In this document: in pieces, positions 46,912 to 56,231 of the stretch | Position numbering within the stretch: the stretch's first letter is position 1 | Layout: each line of letters begins with the position of its first letter | Assembly (NCBI GenBank): GCA_023454175.1 | Contig: JAEXRW010000037.1 | Span: 5,658 to 69,657, forward strand | DNA from: Bacillota bacterium | GTDB lineage: Bacteria > Bacillota > Clostridia > Christensenellales > JAEXRW01 | Reading direction: 5' to 3' | DNA: 64,000 nt | Made by a program: the position numbers and the translations under genes | The notes under the pieces: model-generated | The model's input: the letters and a program-made list of their open reading frames with translations, nothing else | Told to the model about the DNA's origin: nothing | Databases searched by the model: none

Positions 46912-47943
46912 ATGGCAAACAACGATATCGGAATAGACCTGGGCACTTCAACAGTGCTGGTATATGTAAGGGGAAAAGGCATCGTACTGCGTGAACCGTC
47001 CGTGGTCGCGATAGACAAGCTTTCAGGCAAGATGCTGGCCATCGGCGACGAGGCCAGAAGGATGCTGGGCAGGACGCCGGGCACCATCATGGCGGTGCGG
47101 CCGCTGCGTGAGGGCGTGATATCCAACTTTGATCTGACGGAAAGGATGCTGCGGTTCTTCCTGCACAAGGTGATCGGCCGGCGCGCCTTTTTCAAACCGC
47201 GCGTGATCGTGTGCGTGCCCAGCGGGGTAACGGAAGTAGAAAAGCGCAGCGTCATCGAGGCAACGATGGAAGCGGGCGCCAAGCATACCTACCTGATAGA
47301 AGAACCCATCGCGGCAGCCATCGGGGCGGGTGTGGACATCGGCGCGCCCTACGGCAATATGGTGGTGGATATCGGCGGCGGCACGACGGATATCGCCGTC
47401 ATCTCCCTGGGCAATGCCGTGGTGAGCGACTCGGTGCGGTGCGCGGGGGACAAATTTGACGAGGCCATCGTACGCTACCTGCGCAAGAAGCACAACATCC
47501 TCATTGGCGACCGGTCGGCGGAAGATATCAAGATCCGTATCGGCACGGCATGGCCGCGCAAGGACGAGAAAATGATGGAGGTCACGGGCAGGAACCTCAT
47601 ATCGGGCCTTCCCAAGACGGTGAACATCAACAGCAACGAGATCGCGGAAGCACTGGCTGAGCCGCTGGAATTGATCTTTGAAAAGGTACACAGCGTTCTG
47701 GAACGCACCATGCCCGAACTCGCGGCAGATATCGCAGAGCGCGGCATCTGCATGACGGGCGGCGGCGCACTGCTGGACGGGATGGACAGATACCTCTCGG
47801 AAAAAACGAAAGTGCCCTGCTATGTGGCGGAAGACGCTGTATCCTGCGTGGCCATCGGAACGGGCAAGGCGCTGGAGGACCTGGATATGTACTCCACAGG
47901 CGCGGTATATGATTACAGGCGCGGAGATTATTACGACGTATAA
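46912..47943 (+). CDS. mreB: rod shape-determining protein, MreB/Mbl family
   Basis: Actin-like ATPase motifs IGIDLGTS, VVDIGGGTTD, GIxxTGGGA. Its position just after spoIIID mirrors the B. subtilis spoIIID-mbl arrangement. Confidence 0.9.
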   Translation: MANNDIGIDLGTSTVLVYVRGKGIVLREPSVVAIDKLSGKMLAIGDEARRMLGRTPGTIMAVRPLREGVISNFDLTERMLRFFLHKVIGRRAFFKPRVIVCVPSGVTEVEKRSVIEATMEAGAKHTYLIEEPIAAAIGAGVDIGAPYGNMVVDIGGGTTDIAVISLGNAVVSDSVRCAGDKFDEAIVRYLRKKHNILIGDRSAEDIKIRIGTAWPRKDEKMMEVTGRNLISGLPKTVNINSNEIAEALAEPLELIFEKVHSVLERTMPELAADIAERGICMTGGGALLDGMDRYLSEKTKVPCYVAEDAVSCVAIGTGKALEDLDMYSTGAVYDYRRGDYYDV

Positions 47944-47960
47944 AGGCTATCAAATATTAT

Positions 47961-47988
47961 AAAAGTGGCTTAAAAGCCACTTTTCTTT
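47961..47988 (+). terminator. rho-independent terminator after mreB/mbl
   Basis: AAAAGTGGCT-TAAA-AGCCACTTTT followed by CTTT. Confidence 0.7.
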
Positions 47989-48020
47989 CGAAAACGAAAG
48001 ACAGAGTGGAGGTTCCGAAT

Positions 48021-49196
48021 GTGAAGGGAGAATCCGGGGACAAAAATATGGATAAACCGACAAACATTCCGGAAAAGACATCAGAAGAGCTGGCAGCAGG
48101 GGATAATCCGGCAGACAACCAAACAGAGGCAAAACCCAAAAAGCGGCGCAAGAAGGCGCTGATCATCGTGGCATGCGTGCTGGCATTCCTGATCGTGGCG
48201 GCGGGCGTAACATTCCTGGTGCTATACGAAAGGTATAAGTACCTGGGGCAAAACCCGTTAAGCGCATTCCAAAGCCAACAACCGGAACAAACACCGGATG
48301 AAAGCGAAGTCCCGGACCCGACGCTGGGGCCCGACGACCCGACGCCCGTTGCAACACCCACGCAGACACCCGTGTCGGGCCAGGTGAATATCATGCTGAT
48401 CGGGCTGGACCGCAGTGATGACCGCAGTGAAGAGAACATGGGCGCACGGAACGATACCAATATCGTCCTAAGTGTGAACTTTGACAAGAAGACGGCCAAA
48501 ATGCTGGCAATCCCGCGCGATACGCTTGTCACGATGTCGCATCTCAACAGCAAAGGCAAGGCTACATACAAATTCTGGAGCAATATGTACACAGGCTTCC
48601 GCAACGGCGGGGGCGAAAAAGGCTACGGATATAAAAATATCATGCAGGTAACGTCCAAACTCCTGAGCTGCGGCAACAAGTATTCAGTGCCCATCAATTA
48701 TTATGTGAGCATCGATATCGATGGGATCGTGCCCATGTGCGATGCAGTGGGCGGCGTACCGGTGACAATGGATGCAAATTTCCCGGGACCGGACAAGGTG
48801 CTGAACTGGAAGAAAGGGCAGACTGTGCTTCTCAAGGGAGACTGGGCGCAGTTTTACCTGCGGTGGCGCCATTCGGATGAGGTGGGAGACCATACAGGAG
48901 ATATCGGCCGCGGACACAGGCAGCAGGTATTCCTGGTGGCGCTGGCGAAAAAAATAAAGGAAATGGGACCGGTGGAAACGGTACAGAAGCTCTTTGGCGA
49001 GATGACCAAATACATGCGCACCAATATGAGCCTGGAACAACTGGTGGCCCTGGCCGAGACGCTCAAGGACATGGATATCAGCACGGTGGACATCAACAGC
49101 GTGGACGGACACCTGGGCAGCAGGGACGGCAAATCCGGCTGGGTGCCGGAAAGCAAGAAACTGCAAAAAAAGGTCGATGAGATCTTCTTCAATTGA
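48021..49196 (+). CDS. LCP (LytR-CpsA-Psr) family protein
   Basis: GTG 48021 follows GGAGG. N-terminal tail, TM, P/T-rich linker, then an LCP core (NIMLIGLDRS...RNDTNIVLSVN...LAIPRDT). Confidence 0.8.
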   Translation: MKGESGDKNMDKPTNIPEKTSEELAAGDNPADNQTEAKPKKRRKKALIIVACVLAFLIVAAGVTFLVLYERYKYLGQNPLSAFQSQQPEQTPDESEVPDPTLGPDDPTPVATPTQTPVSGQVNIMLIGLDRSDDRSEENMGARNDTNIVLSVNFDKKTAKMLAIPRDTLVTMSHLNSKGKATYKFWSNMYTGFRNGGGEKGYGYKNIMQVTSKLLSCGNKYSVPINYYVSIDIDGIVPMCDAVGGVPVTMDANFPGPDKVLNWKKGQTVLLKGDWAQFYLRWRHSDEVGDHTGDIGRGHRQQVFLVALAKKIKEMGPVETVQKLFGEMTKYMRTNMSLEQLVALAETLKDMDISTVDINSVDGHLGSRDGKSGWVPESKKLQKKVDEIFFN

Positions 49197-49204
49197 TGTG
49201 AAAA

Positions 49205-49232
49205 GAAGAAAACCCCGAAAGGGGTTTTCTTC
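49205..49232 (+). terminator. 12-bp stem with GAAA loop after the first LCP gene
   Basis: GAAGAAAACCCC-GAAA-GGGGTTTTCTTC checked by hand. Confidence 0.6.
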
Positions 49233-49476
49233 ATGGAGACGGAACGAAAACACAAGTGACCAGTCCCGCAACCACAGGTGTTTGCGCGGGCTGATATAAC
49301 TGGGCGGTACGGCTGCCAATTCATGCATGCATTGCCAGCCGCATGCCGTGTTGACTTGACAAAGCCGGAGAACATAGTATTATTAAAAATGCATTGCAAA
49401 AGTTCAACGCATTTTTCCCGGGCATGGGCGAGAGTACGAACAACACACTTTTTATATTTTACGGGGGACAACAAGC

Positions 49477-50538
49477 GTGGAGGCTCGAAAATCAAGAAAA
49501 ACAGCTTTGGTGGTCGTAAGCATGCTGCTGGTGCTGCTGGTGGTGGCGGCCGGACTGGTCGTCTATTTCATGATCACCAGATACCAGTACCTGGGCGATA
49601 ACCCGATGAGCGCATTCCTGGGCGGCGGCAGCTGCGCTGCGAAGACGGACGAACTGGCAAAAGCCACACCGCAGGGACCGCAACTGAAAACAGGACCCAC
49701 GTCTGCCCCCAAAAAGACCGCGCCGAAGGGCAGCATCAACGTGATGCTGATGGGGATGGACAATGACTCGGAGCGCGACAAGAGCAGCATGGGTTCTCGC
49801 AACGACATGAACATGGTGCTGAATATCGACTTTGACAAGAAGACTGCACGGATGATAGTGATCCCGCGCGACTCCCGCGTCAAGGTATCCAAGGTAAACG
49901 ACTCCGGGAAGGTAACCGGATACACAGACGACAGGATCAATACGGCGTATGCGGACGGCGGATATGAGGACGGCTATGGATTTCAGAACGTGATGCACGT
50001 AACCTCCACATTCCTCTCCTGCAACGGGACGTATGACATCCCCATCGACTACTATGTGAGCATCAACCTGGACGGCATCGAACCCATCTGCAACGCGGTG
50101 GGCGGCGTGCCCCTAAAACTGGACAAGGATTTCCCGGGGCTGAAATGGAAAGCGGGGCAGACCGTGATCATCAAGGGTGAAGTGGCGCAGATGTACCTGC
50201 GCTGGCGCCACCCCGACCAGACGGGGGATAACCTGGGCGACATCGGCAGGGGGGAACGGCAGCAGAAATTCCTCATCGCCCTGGCCAAGAAAATCAAATC
50301 CATGGGGCCGGTGGAGACCGTACAGAAGTTATTTAACAGCATGCAGAAATACATGCGTACGAACATGAGCCTGGACCAGATCGTGGCCCTGGCGCAGGTG
50401 CTGAAGGGCATGAACGTGGACAGCATCGAGATGTATTCGGCACCGGGGAAGAACGCCAGCTATGACGGCGCATCGATGTGGGCGCCGGATATGAAGAAAC
50501 TGCCGGATGTTGTGGAAAAGGTATTCTATGCAAATTAA
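49477..50538 (+). CDS. LCP (LytR-CpsA-Psr) family protein, paralogue
   Basis: GTG start. Same architecture and shared blocks (VMLMGMD, RNDMNMVLNID, IPRDS, LRWRH, GDIGRG.RQQ.FL.ALAKKIK). Confidence 0.8.
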   Translation: MEARKSRKTALVVVSMLLVLLVVAAGLVVYFMITRYQYLGDNPMSAFLGGGSCAAKTDELAKATPQGPQLKTGPTSAPKKTAPKGSINVMLMGMDNDSERDKSSMGSRNDMNMVLNIDFDKKTARMIVIPRDSRVKVSKVNDSGKVTGYTDDRINTAYADGGYEDGYGFQNVMHVTSTFLSCNGTYDIPIDYYVSINLDGIEPICNAVGGVPLKLDKDFPGLKWKAGQTVIIKGEVAQMYLRWRHPDQTGDNLGDIGRGERQQKFLIALAKKIKSMGPVETVQKLFNSMQKYMRTNMSLDQIVALAQVLKGMNVDSIEMYSAPGKNASYDGASMWAPDMKKLPDVVEKVFYAN

Positions 50539-50583
50539 TAATTAATAATTAAGAATTAATAATTGTGGTAGGCCCCGCGGGGG
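50533..50583 (+). repeat. stop-heptad array (AATTAAT AATTAAT AATTAAG AATTAAT AATTGTG) plus GGCCCCGCGGGGG
   Basis: The LCP stop TAA 50536..50538 lies in unit 1. Units at 50533..50567. Confidence 0.85.
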
Positions 50584-50698
50584 AAAAATTAAAACAGAAC
50601 TATGATTTAAGAAACAAAGACCCTTTGCCGGGTTTTTGTTTTTTTGAGGCGCTTTGGCGCATAATAATGGATGAGAAACATGAGGAGGCATTTTCACC

Positions 50699-50893
50699 AT
50701 GCCTGTGATCATCACGATCGAATCCATGAAACTCAACAAGGAACAAAAGATCAGCCTGGTCAAGGAACTGGCGCCGATATGCAGCGACATCCTGCGCGTG
50801 CCGGCGGAATCCATCATCCTGATCATCAGGGAGAACGAGCCGGACAACATGGGAAGCGGGCCGCACCTGCTATCTGAGAAGAACAAACGGTAA
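50699..50893 (+). CDS. 4-oxalocrotonate tautomerase family protein
   Basis: RBS GAGGAGG. 64 aa starting MP (catalytic Pro1), the typical size for the family. Confidence 0.65.
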   Translation: MPVIITIESMKLNKEQKISLVKELAPICSDILRVPAESIILIIRENEPDNMGSGPHLLSEKNKR

Positions 50894-50990
50894 GCCGGAT
50901 CACATTACACGCGAGGAGCCGAAAGGCTTCTTTTTTATGGAGAAAAGTGGTAGATTAAAATAGATAATTAATGAACAAGGTGATAAACAA

Positions 50991-52676
50991 ATGAAGGTAT
51001 CGGATGTAATTAAAGATTATTGCTTGACAAATCAATTACTTACTTTGGATGATGTCATTTCATCTTTTATTCCTTCTCTTAAAAGTGATGATGAGAGAGA
51101 ACAAAGAGAAGCTAGAATTGAGTATATCTTACTTGGTGGAGACGAATTGGAAGGATGCGGTAATCAAATAAAAACATTAATGAACGAGTTTAGTGATTAT
51201 GAGGAAGAAGTATTCGAGTATATAAAATATAGGATTGTCGATTCCAAACATCCAATACTTTTAGCACGTTACAATGATATATTATGGGAGTATACAAAAG
51301 CTATATATAACAAGCATCCCGAAGTACAGTATGCGTTTTCAGCTATTGATAACTATATAGATATTGTCCTAAATAAATTAGAAAAAACCGCAATTTATAC
51401 TACATATAAATTAATAAGAGCATTCAATTTATCTATTCTAATCAATAATAAAGAAAGAATATATGGAGTTAAACAATTACTATTTGAATCTTTAAATACC
51501 CCTAATGACGATAAACCAGGAATATGGAGCAATGTATTTAAATGTTTATTAAAGAATAGGAATTATTTTGATAAAGAAGAATCTAAATTGTTCGAAAGTA
51601 ATATGTTTGAGAGATTAAATCGTTTTGAGAAAGATACTGATTTCTACCATACAGAACATGCAGTACTTTGCTTATTAGAATATTACGCATTTTTAAAGGA
51701 TAAAGCGAAAACTTTAGAAATACTACAAATTTATAAAAGGATTTTTATTAACTTTTCAGGAAAGCTTTCAGGCATACAAAAAGCTTACTGGCTACAAGAA
51801 ATTAGAGCATTAATGATAAAATATCAGTTAAACAGTGAAGCCGATGAGATTTCTATAATGATACAAGGGCTAGGAAGAGAAATTAAAAAAGATTTAGACC
51901 ATGTATATGAGGTGGAAATAAAACCGGATAAAAAAGTTTTAGATAAACACTTGAAACTGCTTCAGAATAAAAGCACAGAGTATCAAATGGCCTTTATGGC
52001 ACATACTTACATTAAAGCCAAAAAAGATGCAGAAAATGCTATTAAGGAATTGTCAAAAGACAACCCGTTTTTTTCAATTGTCAAAAGAAACCTTCTGAAC
52101 CCAGATTATATTGTTGCTGCTCAAGTTACTCTGGAAGACGATGGGGCTTTAATACAACAAACAGTAGATATGCTTAAAATGGATGCTCCTTACTTACATT
52201 ATGTATTAAGCTTTTTCAAATCCGAAGGTAATCTAAAACAAGATCAAGTCTACGAAGTAATTAAAAAATCACCCGTTATTTTAGATTCAAGATATAGTCT
52301 TTTAGAGAAAGCGTTAGATGCATATTACCATGAAAGAAACGAAGAATTTATTCATTTAATTATCCCTCAAATTGAAGCTGCATTTCGAGAACTAGTAATG
52401 CAATTAGGAGGAGTAATAATTACTCCAAATAAAATCGGAGGAGATAATTATAAGCTACTTCATGATATTTTACTTGATCCTATATTAAAAATAGTTTTTG
52501 ATGAAGATACATTATTTAACCTCAGGATAATTCTAGTTGAGAACAGAGGTTGGAATATTAGAAATAATGTATGTCATGGAATATTGAGTGACATACATTT
52601 TAGTTCGGTGGTTAGCGAGAGATTATTGCAAATAGTTTTTTTACTTGGATTAATAAGAAGAGAAAAAATAAATTGA
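50991..52676 (+). CDS. hypothetical 561-aa protein in an AT-rich island; C-terminal HEPN-like R-x4-H motif (possibly DUF4209-type)
   Basis: Clean ORF. About 28-30% GC in hand-counted lines against about 55% in the flanks. C-terminal NRGWNIRNNVCHG, with R-x4-H at 52560..52577. Confidence 0.5.
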   Translation: MKVSDVIKDYCLTNQLLTLDDVISSFIPSLKSDDEREQREARIEYILLGGDELEGCGNQIKTLMNEFSDYEEEVFEYIKYRIVDSKHPILLARYNDILWEYTKAIYNKHPEVQYAFSAIDNYIDIVLNKLEKTAIYTTYKLIRAFNLSILINNKERIYGVKQLLFESLNTPNDDKPGIWSNVFKCLLKNRNYFDKEESKLFESNMFERLNRFEKDTDFYHTEHAVLCLLEYYAFLKDKAKTLEILQIYKRIFINFSGKLSGIQKAYWLQEIRALMIKYQLNSEADEISIMIQGLGREIKKDLDHVYEVEIKPDKKVLDKHLKLLQNKSTEYQMAFMAHTYIKAKKDAENAIKELSKDNPFFSIVKRNLLNPDYIVAAQVTLEDDGALIQQTVDMLKMDAPYLHYVLSFFKSEGNLKQDQVYEVIKKSPVILDSRYSLLEKALDAYYHERNEEFIHLIIPQIEAAFRELVMQLGGVIITPNKIGGDNYKLLHDILLDPILKIVFDEDTLFNLRIILVENRGWNIRNNVCHGILSDIHFSSVVSERLLQIVFLLGLIRREKIN

Positions 52677-52680
52677 AGTT

Positions 52681-53820
52681 TTACTTTTCCCTGACCCTGT
52701 TTTTTTCCTGATACATCTTTTTATCCAACTGGTCGATGAATTCATCGGGTTTCATACCGGATGCCTTTTCATACACCAGCGAACCTATGCTGGCTGTGAG
52801 GACATAGGGCTTATTGGCTGACTGATTGAATCTTTCAAACGCTGTGTGGATGCGCGCGACTGCAGAATCCAGATCGTGCCGGGAGTGGACATCCAAAATA
52901 ATCAGGAATTCATCCCCGCCGTAACGGTAGACGGGATCCTGTTCGCGCAGGCTCTGGCGCAGGACCTTCACGGTATCCTCCAGCGCACGGTCCCCTTCGG
53001 CGTGACCGTAAGTATCGTTGATATGCTTGAAATCGTCCAGATCCAACATCATGGCACCAAAAGGGATCTCATAGCCTTCCAGCCGGATACGGTCTTTCAA
53101 AAAAGCGTTCAACTGGCGCCTGTTGTTTGCCCCGGTGAGATAGTCCGTATTGAGCCGGTGGTTCTGTACGCTGATGAAAACATGCAGCAGGGAAAGGGCA
53201 ACAGTACTCCAAATCACATTGGTGCCGTAAAACTGCAACTGGATCATGTTGCCGATAAAAGGCGGCACCGCGAAGAGGAGAAGGGCAGGCAGGTAACGGC
53301 GCTCGAACCTTTTCCGCTGGACTATGATCTTGGCCAGGACGAAGAGGAAAAGCCCGAACGTAATCAGCACAAAAAAATAGTAAAAGACGTTCAACCCGCG
53401 ATGGTAGACATTGGACGCATCCACGGTGAAGTATAAGTTATAATACGGGCTCAGCACGGACATTACAACATTAATCAGGACAATGGGCGCAAAGACCCAG
53501 CCCACGACCCGGAGGCGCCGCAGGCTGTGAAACGCCAGATAATCGGCATACATGTACCATAACACGGCAGGAACAGGGCCGAAGGAAAAGAGCAGTATAT
53601 TAAACAGAATATTCAACGTGCGCGCCATGCGGCCGGGCAGGAGGTTGAACGCCCAGGCGCCGGCATCCACGACCAGGATGCACATAACGAATATGACCAT
53701 GAAGACAAAGAGCCAATGGCGGACATGGGCAGGCCGGTCGTGCCGGAGCGTATGTATCAGAACATAGACCAGCATGATAAATGCGAAAATATTGATGGAT
53801 ATGAAATTAAATATCTGCAT
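52681..53820 (-). CDS. diguanylate cyclase: multi-TM sensor domain plus GGDEF domain
   Basis: ATG 53820 follows AGAGG (the ORF extends to 53865). Motifs DLDDFKHINDTYGH, RYGGDEF. Confidence 0.85.
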   Translation of the reverse strand: MQIFNFISINIFAFIMLVYVLIHTLRHDRPAHVRHWLFVFMVIFVMCILVVDAGAWAFNLLPGRMARTLNILFNILLFSFGPVPAVLWYMYADYLAFHSLRRLRVVGWVFAPIVLINVVMSVLSPYYNLYFTVDASNVYHRGLNVFYYFFVLITFGLFLFVLAKIIVQRKRFERRYLPALLLFAVPPFIGNMIQLQFYGTNVIWSTVALSLLHVFISVQNHRLNTDYLTGANNRRQLNAFLKDRIRLEGYEIPFGAMMLDLDDFKHINDTYGHAEGDRALEDTVKVLRQSLREQDPVYRYGGDEFLIILDVHSRHDLDSAVARIHTAFERFNQSANKPYVLTASIGSLVYEKASGMKPDEFIDQLDKKMYQEKNRVREK

Positions 53821-53980
53821 CAACAATACCTCTGAAACCGACCGGAAGGGTAAAGGCTTCATCAAGTTAGGTGCTTTTCATTATTATATCGAAACTTTCG
53901 CGTTATAAAAACAGAAAAGAATATGTAAATAAGGTATTTGGGCTATCGAAACCAACATGATTCATTATAAGATGCGTCTG

Positions 53981-54694
53981 TCAATCATCCCAGAGGCGGT
54001 ACTGCTCCGTATTCATGAGGGCACCGAGCAACTTGTCCTCGGCATCGGGGACCAAATGGGCCAGGTGCTTCAGCAGGTCCTTCATCTCCTGCCGCTTGGT
54101 GCGGCCGGCGGCGGGGCAGGGCGAGGGCTGCACCGGTAACCCCAATTTGCGTGCAAGGGATATGATATGCTTTTCGGGAAGGAGGACGAAAGGACGGATC
54201 AGCGTGATGCCGCTGCGGTCGAGATAGGACCTGGGCTCCAGCGCCGCCATACGGCCTTCATACAGGATGGCCATGAGCAGGGTCTCGAGCACATCCTCCC
54301 TATTGTGCCCCAGGGCGACTTTATTGCATCCCAATGAGAGCGCGGTATTGTTCAGCGCACCGCGGCGGAGTTTGGCGCAGAGGGCGCAGGGGTTTTTCTC
54401 TTTGCGTATATCAAAGACGATCTCCCCGATCCGCGTCTCCACGACTGTATAAGGTACATCCAGCCGTTCACACATCTTCCTGACCGGTTCGAGGTCAAAC
54501 GGTTTCAGACCCATGTCTATGGTAATGGCATAGAGTTTGTAATCCTTCTTCGAGAAAAGGCGGTAGGTGGAAAGCGCCTCCAGGAGCAGGAGGCTGTCCT
54601 TGCCGGCGGAAATGCCGACGGCGATGGAATCACCCGATTCGATCAATCCAAAGCGGTCATCCGCACGGCGGAGACAACCGAGAGTCCGTTTCAT
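53981..54694 (-). CDS. PP-loop ATPase, tRNA 2-thiocytidine synthetase (TtcA)-like
   Basis: PP-loop SAGKDS, CALCAKLRRG cysteine motif, 237 aa. Confidence 0.7.
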   Translation of the reverse strand: MKRTLGCLRRADDRFGLIESGDSIAVGISAGKDSLLLLEALSTYRLFSKKDYKLYAITIDMGLKPFDLEPVRKMCERLDVPYTVVETRIGEIVFDIRKEKNPCALCAKLRRGALNNTALSLGCNKVALGHNREDVLETLLMAILYEGRMAALEPRSYLDRSGITLIRPFVLLPEKHIISLARKLGLPVQPSPCPAAGRTKRQEMKDLLKHLAHLVPDAEDKLLGALMNTEQYRLWDD

Positions 54695-54801
54695 TAACGT
54701 TACCTTTCACAGGGACATTCTGTGACCAATTCAATATGTATTATAGCGTTAACAGAACGGAATACAAGGATGGTATTTCAGCCATCAGTGAATATAGCAT
54801 A

Positions 54802-54830
54802 TTGACAAGCGCATGAAGCGGGGATAAAAT
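54802..54830 (+). promoter_or_regulatory. sigma-A type promoter for the S-box/metK transcript
   Basis: TTGACA (54802..54807), a 17-nt spacer, then TAAAAT (54825..54830). Confidence 0.55.
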
Positions 54831-54852
54831 GGAGCGGAAAATAACATAATTG

Positions 54853-54958
54853 CCTTATCAAGAGTGGTAGAGGGACGGGCCCGATGATACCCGGCAACCT
54901 TCCCAGCAATGGGAGCAAGGTGCCAAATCCCGCAGGCTGTGAACCTGGCAGATGAGGC
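54853..54958 (+). promoter_or_regulatory. SAM-I (S-box) riboswitch
   Basis: CTTATCAAGAG..GGTAGAGGGACGGGCCCGATGATACCCGGCAACC...GGTGCCAAATCC...AGATGAGG matches the S-box consensus. It sits upstream of metK. Confidence 0.85.
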
Positions 54959-54985
54959 GTATTTGAAACAAACTTCAAATACATG

Positions 54986-55026
54986 CGCCCGGGCCTGCCA
55001 ATATGGGAACCCGGGCGTTACTATTT
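54986..55026 (+). terminator. riboswitch expression-platform terminator
   Basis: Stem CGCCCGGG/CCCGGGCG followed by the T-rich TTACTATTT, just before the metK RBS. Confidence 0.6.
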
Positions 55027-55052
55027 ATATGAACAACGGAGGAACCAGAAAA

Positions 55053-56225
55053 ATGAGCAGGAACTTTCTTTTCACGTCGGAATCCGTCACCGAGGGACAC
55101 CCGGACAAACTCTGCGACGCCATCGCAGACAGCATACTGGACCAGATCCTGAGCGAGGACAAAAAGGCGCGCGTGGCGTGCGAAGTGACGGCCACGACAG
55201 GCCTCGTCATGGTAATGGGCGAGATCACGACGGAATGCTACGCCGACATCCCCAGCCTGGTGCGCAAGAAGGTGGACGAGATCGGCTACACGCGGGCAAA
55301 GTACGGCTTTGACGCGGAGACGTGCGGTGTGATCACCAGCATCAAGGAACAATCCCCCGATATCGCCCAGGGCGTGAACGAGGCCCTGGAGACGCGGGGC
55401 ACGGCCGCCCATACGCTGGGCGCGGGGGACCAGGGGATGATGTTCGGATTTGCCTGCAGCGAGACACCGCAATTGATGCCCCTTCCCATCACACTGGCCC
55501 ACGACCTGGCCAAACGGCTGGCGGCGGTGCGCAAGGAAGGGCTGCTGGCCTACCTGCGGCCCGACGGCAAAACGCAGGTCACCGTCCGCTATGAAAACGA
55601 CAAGCCGGTAGCGATCGACAGCATCACGGTATCGGCCCAGCACCACCCCGAGGTGGAGCAGAGCCAGATCCGCGAGGATATCATCAAACACGTGATCCTG
55701 CCAACCATCCCCGGCAAGCTGCTATTGCCTGAAACACGGTACCTCGTCAACCCGACGGGACGATTCGTGACGGGCGGGCCGCACGGGGACACCGGACTGA
55801 CCGGCCGCAAGATCATCGTGGACACCTACGGCGGGTATGCGCGGCACGGGGGCGGCTCTTTTTCGGGCAAGGATCCCACGAAGGTGGACCGGAGCGCGGC
55901 ATATGCTGCACGGCATGCGGCGAAAAACATCGTGGCGGCGGGCCTGGCCGAGAAGTGCGAAGTGGAACTGGCATACGTAATCGGCGTGGCGCGCCCGCAA
56001 TCCATCATGGTGGACACCTTCGGTACGGGGAAGATCAAGGACAGCCGCATCACCGAGCTGGTGGAAAAACACTTTGACCTGACGCCGGGCGGCATCATCC
56101 AACGCTTTGACCTGATGCGGCCCATCTATTCGCAAATCTCCGCATACGGCCATTTCGGGCGGCCGGAACTGGATCTGCCCTGGGAAAAGACGGACGAAGC
56201 CGCCCTGCTGGCAAAGGACGCCTAA
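55053..56225 (+). CDS. metK: S-adenosylmethionine synthetase
   Basis: ATG 55053 follows GGAGGAA. Motifs [28 protein letters not shown]. Confidence 0.95.
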   Translation: MSRNFLFTSESVTEGHPDKLCDAIADSILDQILSEDKKARVACEVTATTGLVMVMGEITTECYADIPSLVRKKVDEIGYTRAKYGFDAETCGVITSIKEQSPDIAQGVNEALETRGTAAHTLGAGDQGMMFGFACSETPQLMPLPITLAHDLAKRLAAVRKEGLLAYLRPDGKTQVTVRYENDKPVAIDSITVSAQHHPEVEQSQIREDIIKHVILPTIPGKLLLPETRYLVNPTGRFVTGGPHGDTGLTGRKIIVDTYGGYARHGGGSFSGKDPTKVDRSAAYAARHAAKNIVAAGLAEKCEVELAYVIGVARPQSIMVDTFGTGKIKDSRITELVEKHFDLTPGGIIQRFDLMRPIYSQISAYGHFGRPELDLPWEKTDEAALLAKDA

Positions 56226-56231
56226 AACCTT

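Noticed and set aside
54909-55052. N-terminal 48-codon extension of the metK ORF in the ORF track
   Set aside because: The extension covers the 3' half of the SAM riboswitch and its terminator. The conserved MetK N-terminus ([19 protein letters not shown]) starts at ATG 55053, which has a GGAGGAA RBS.
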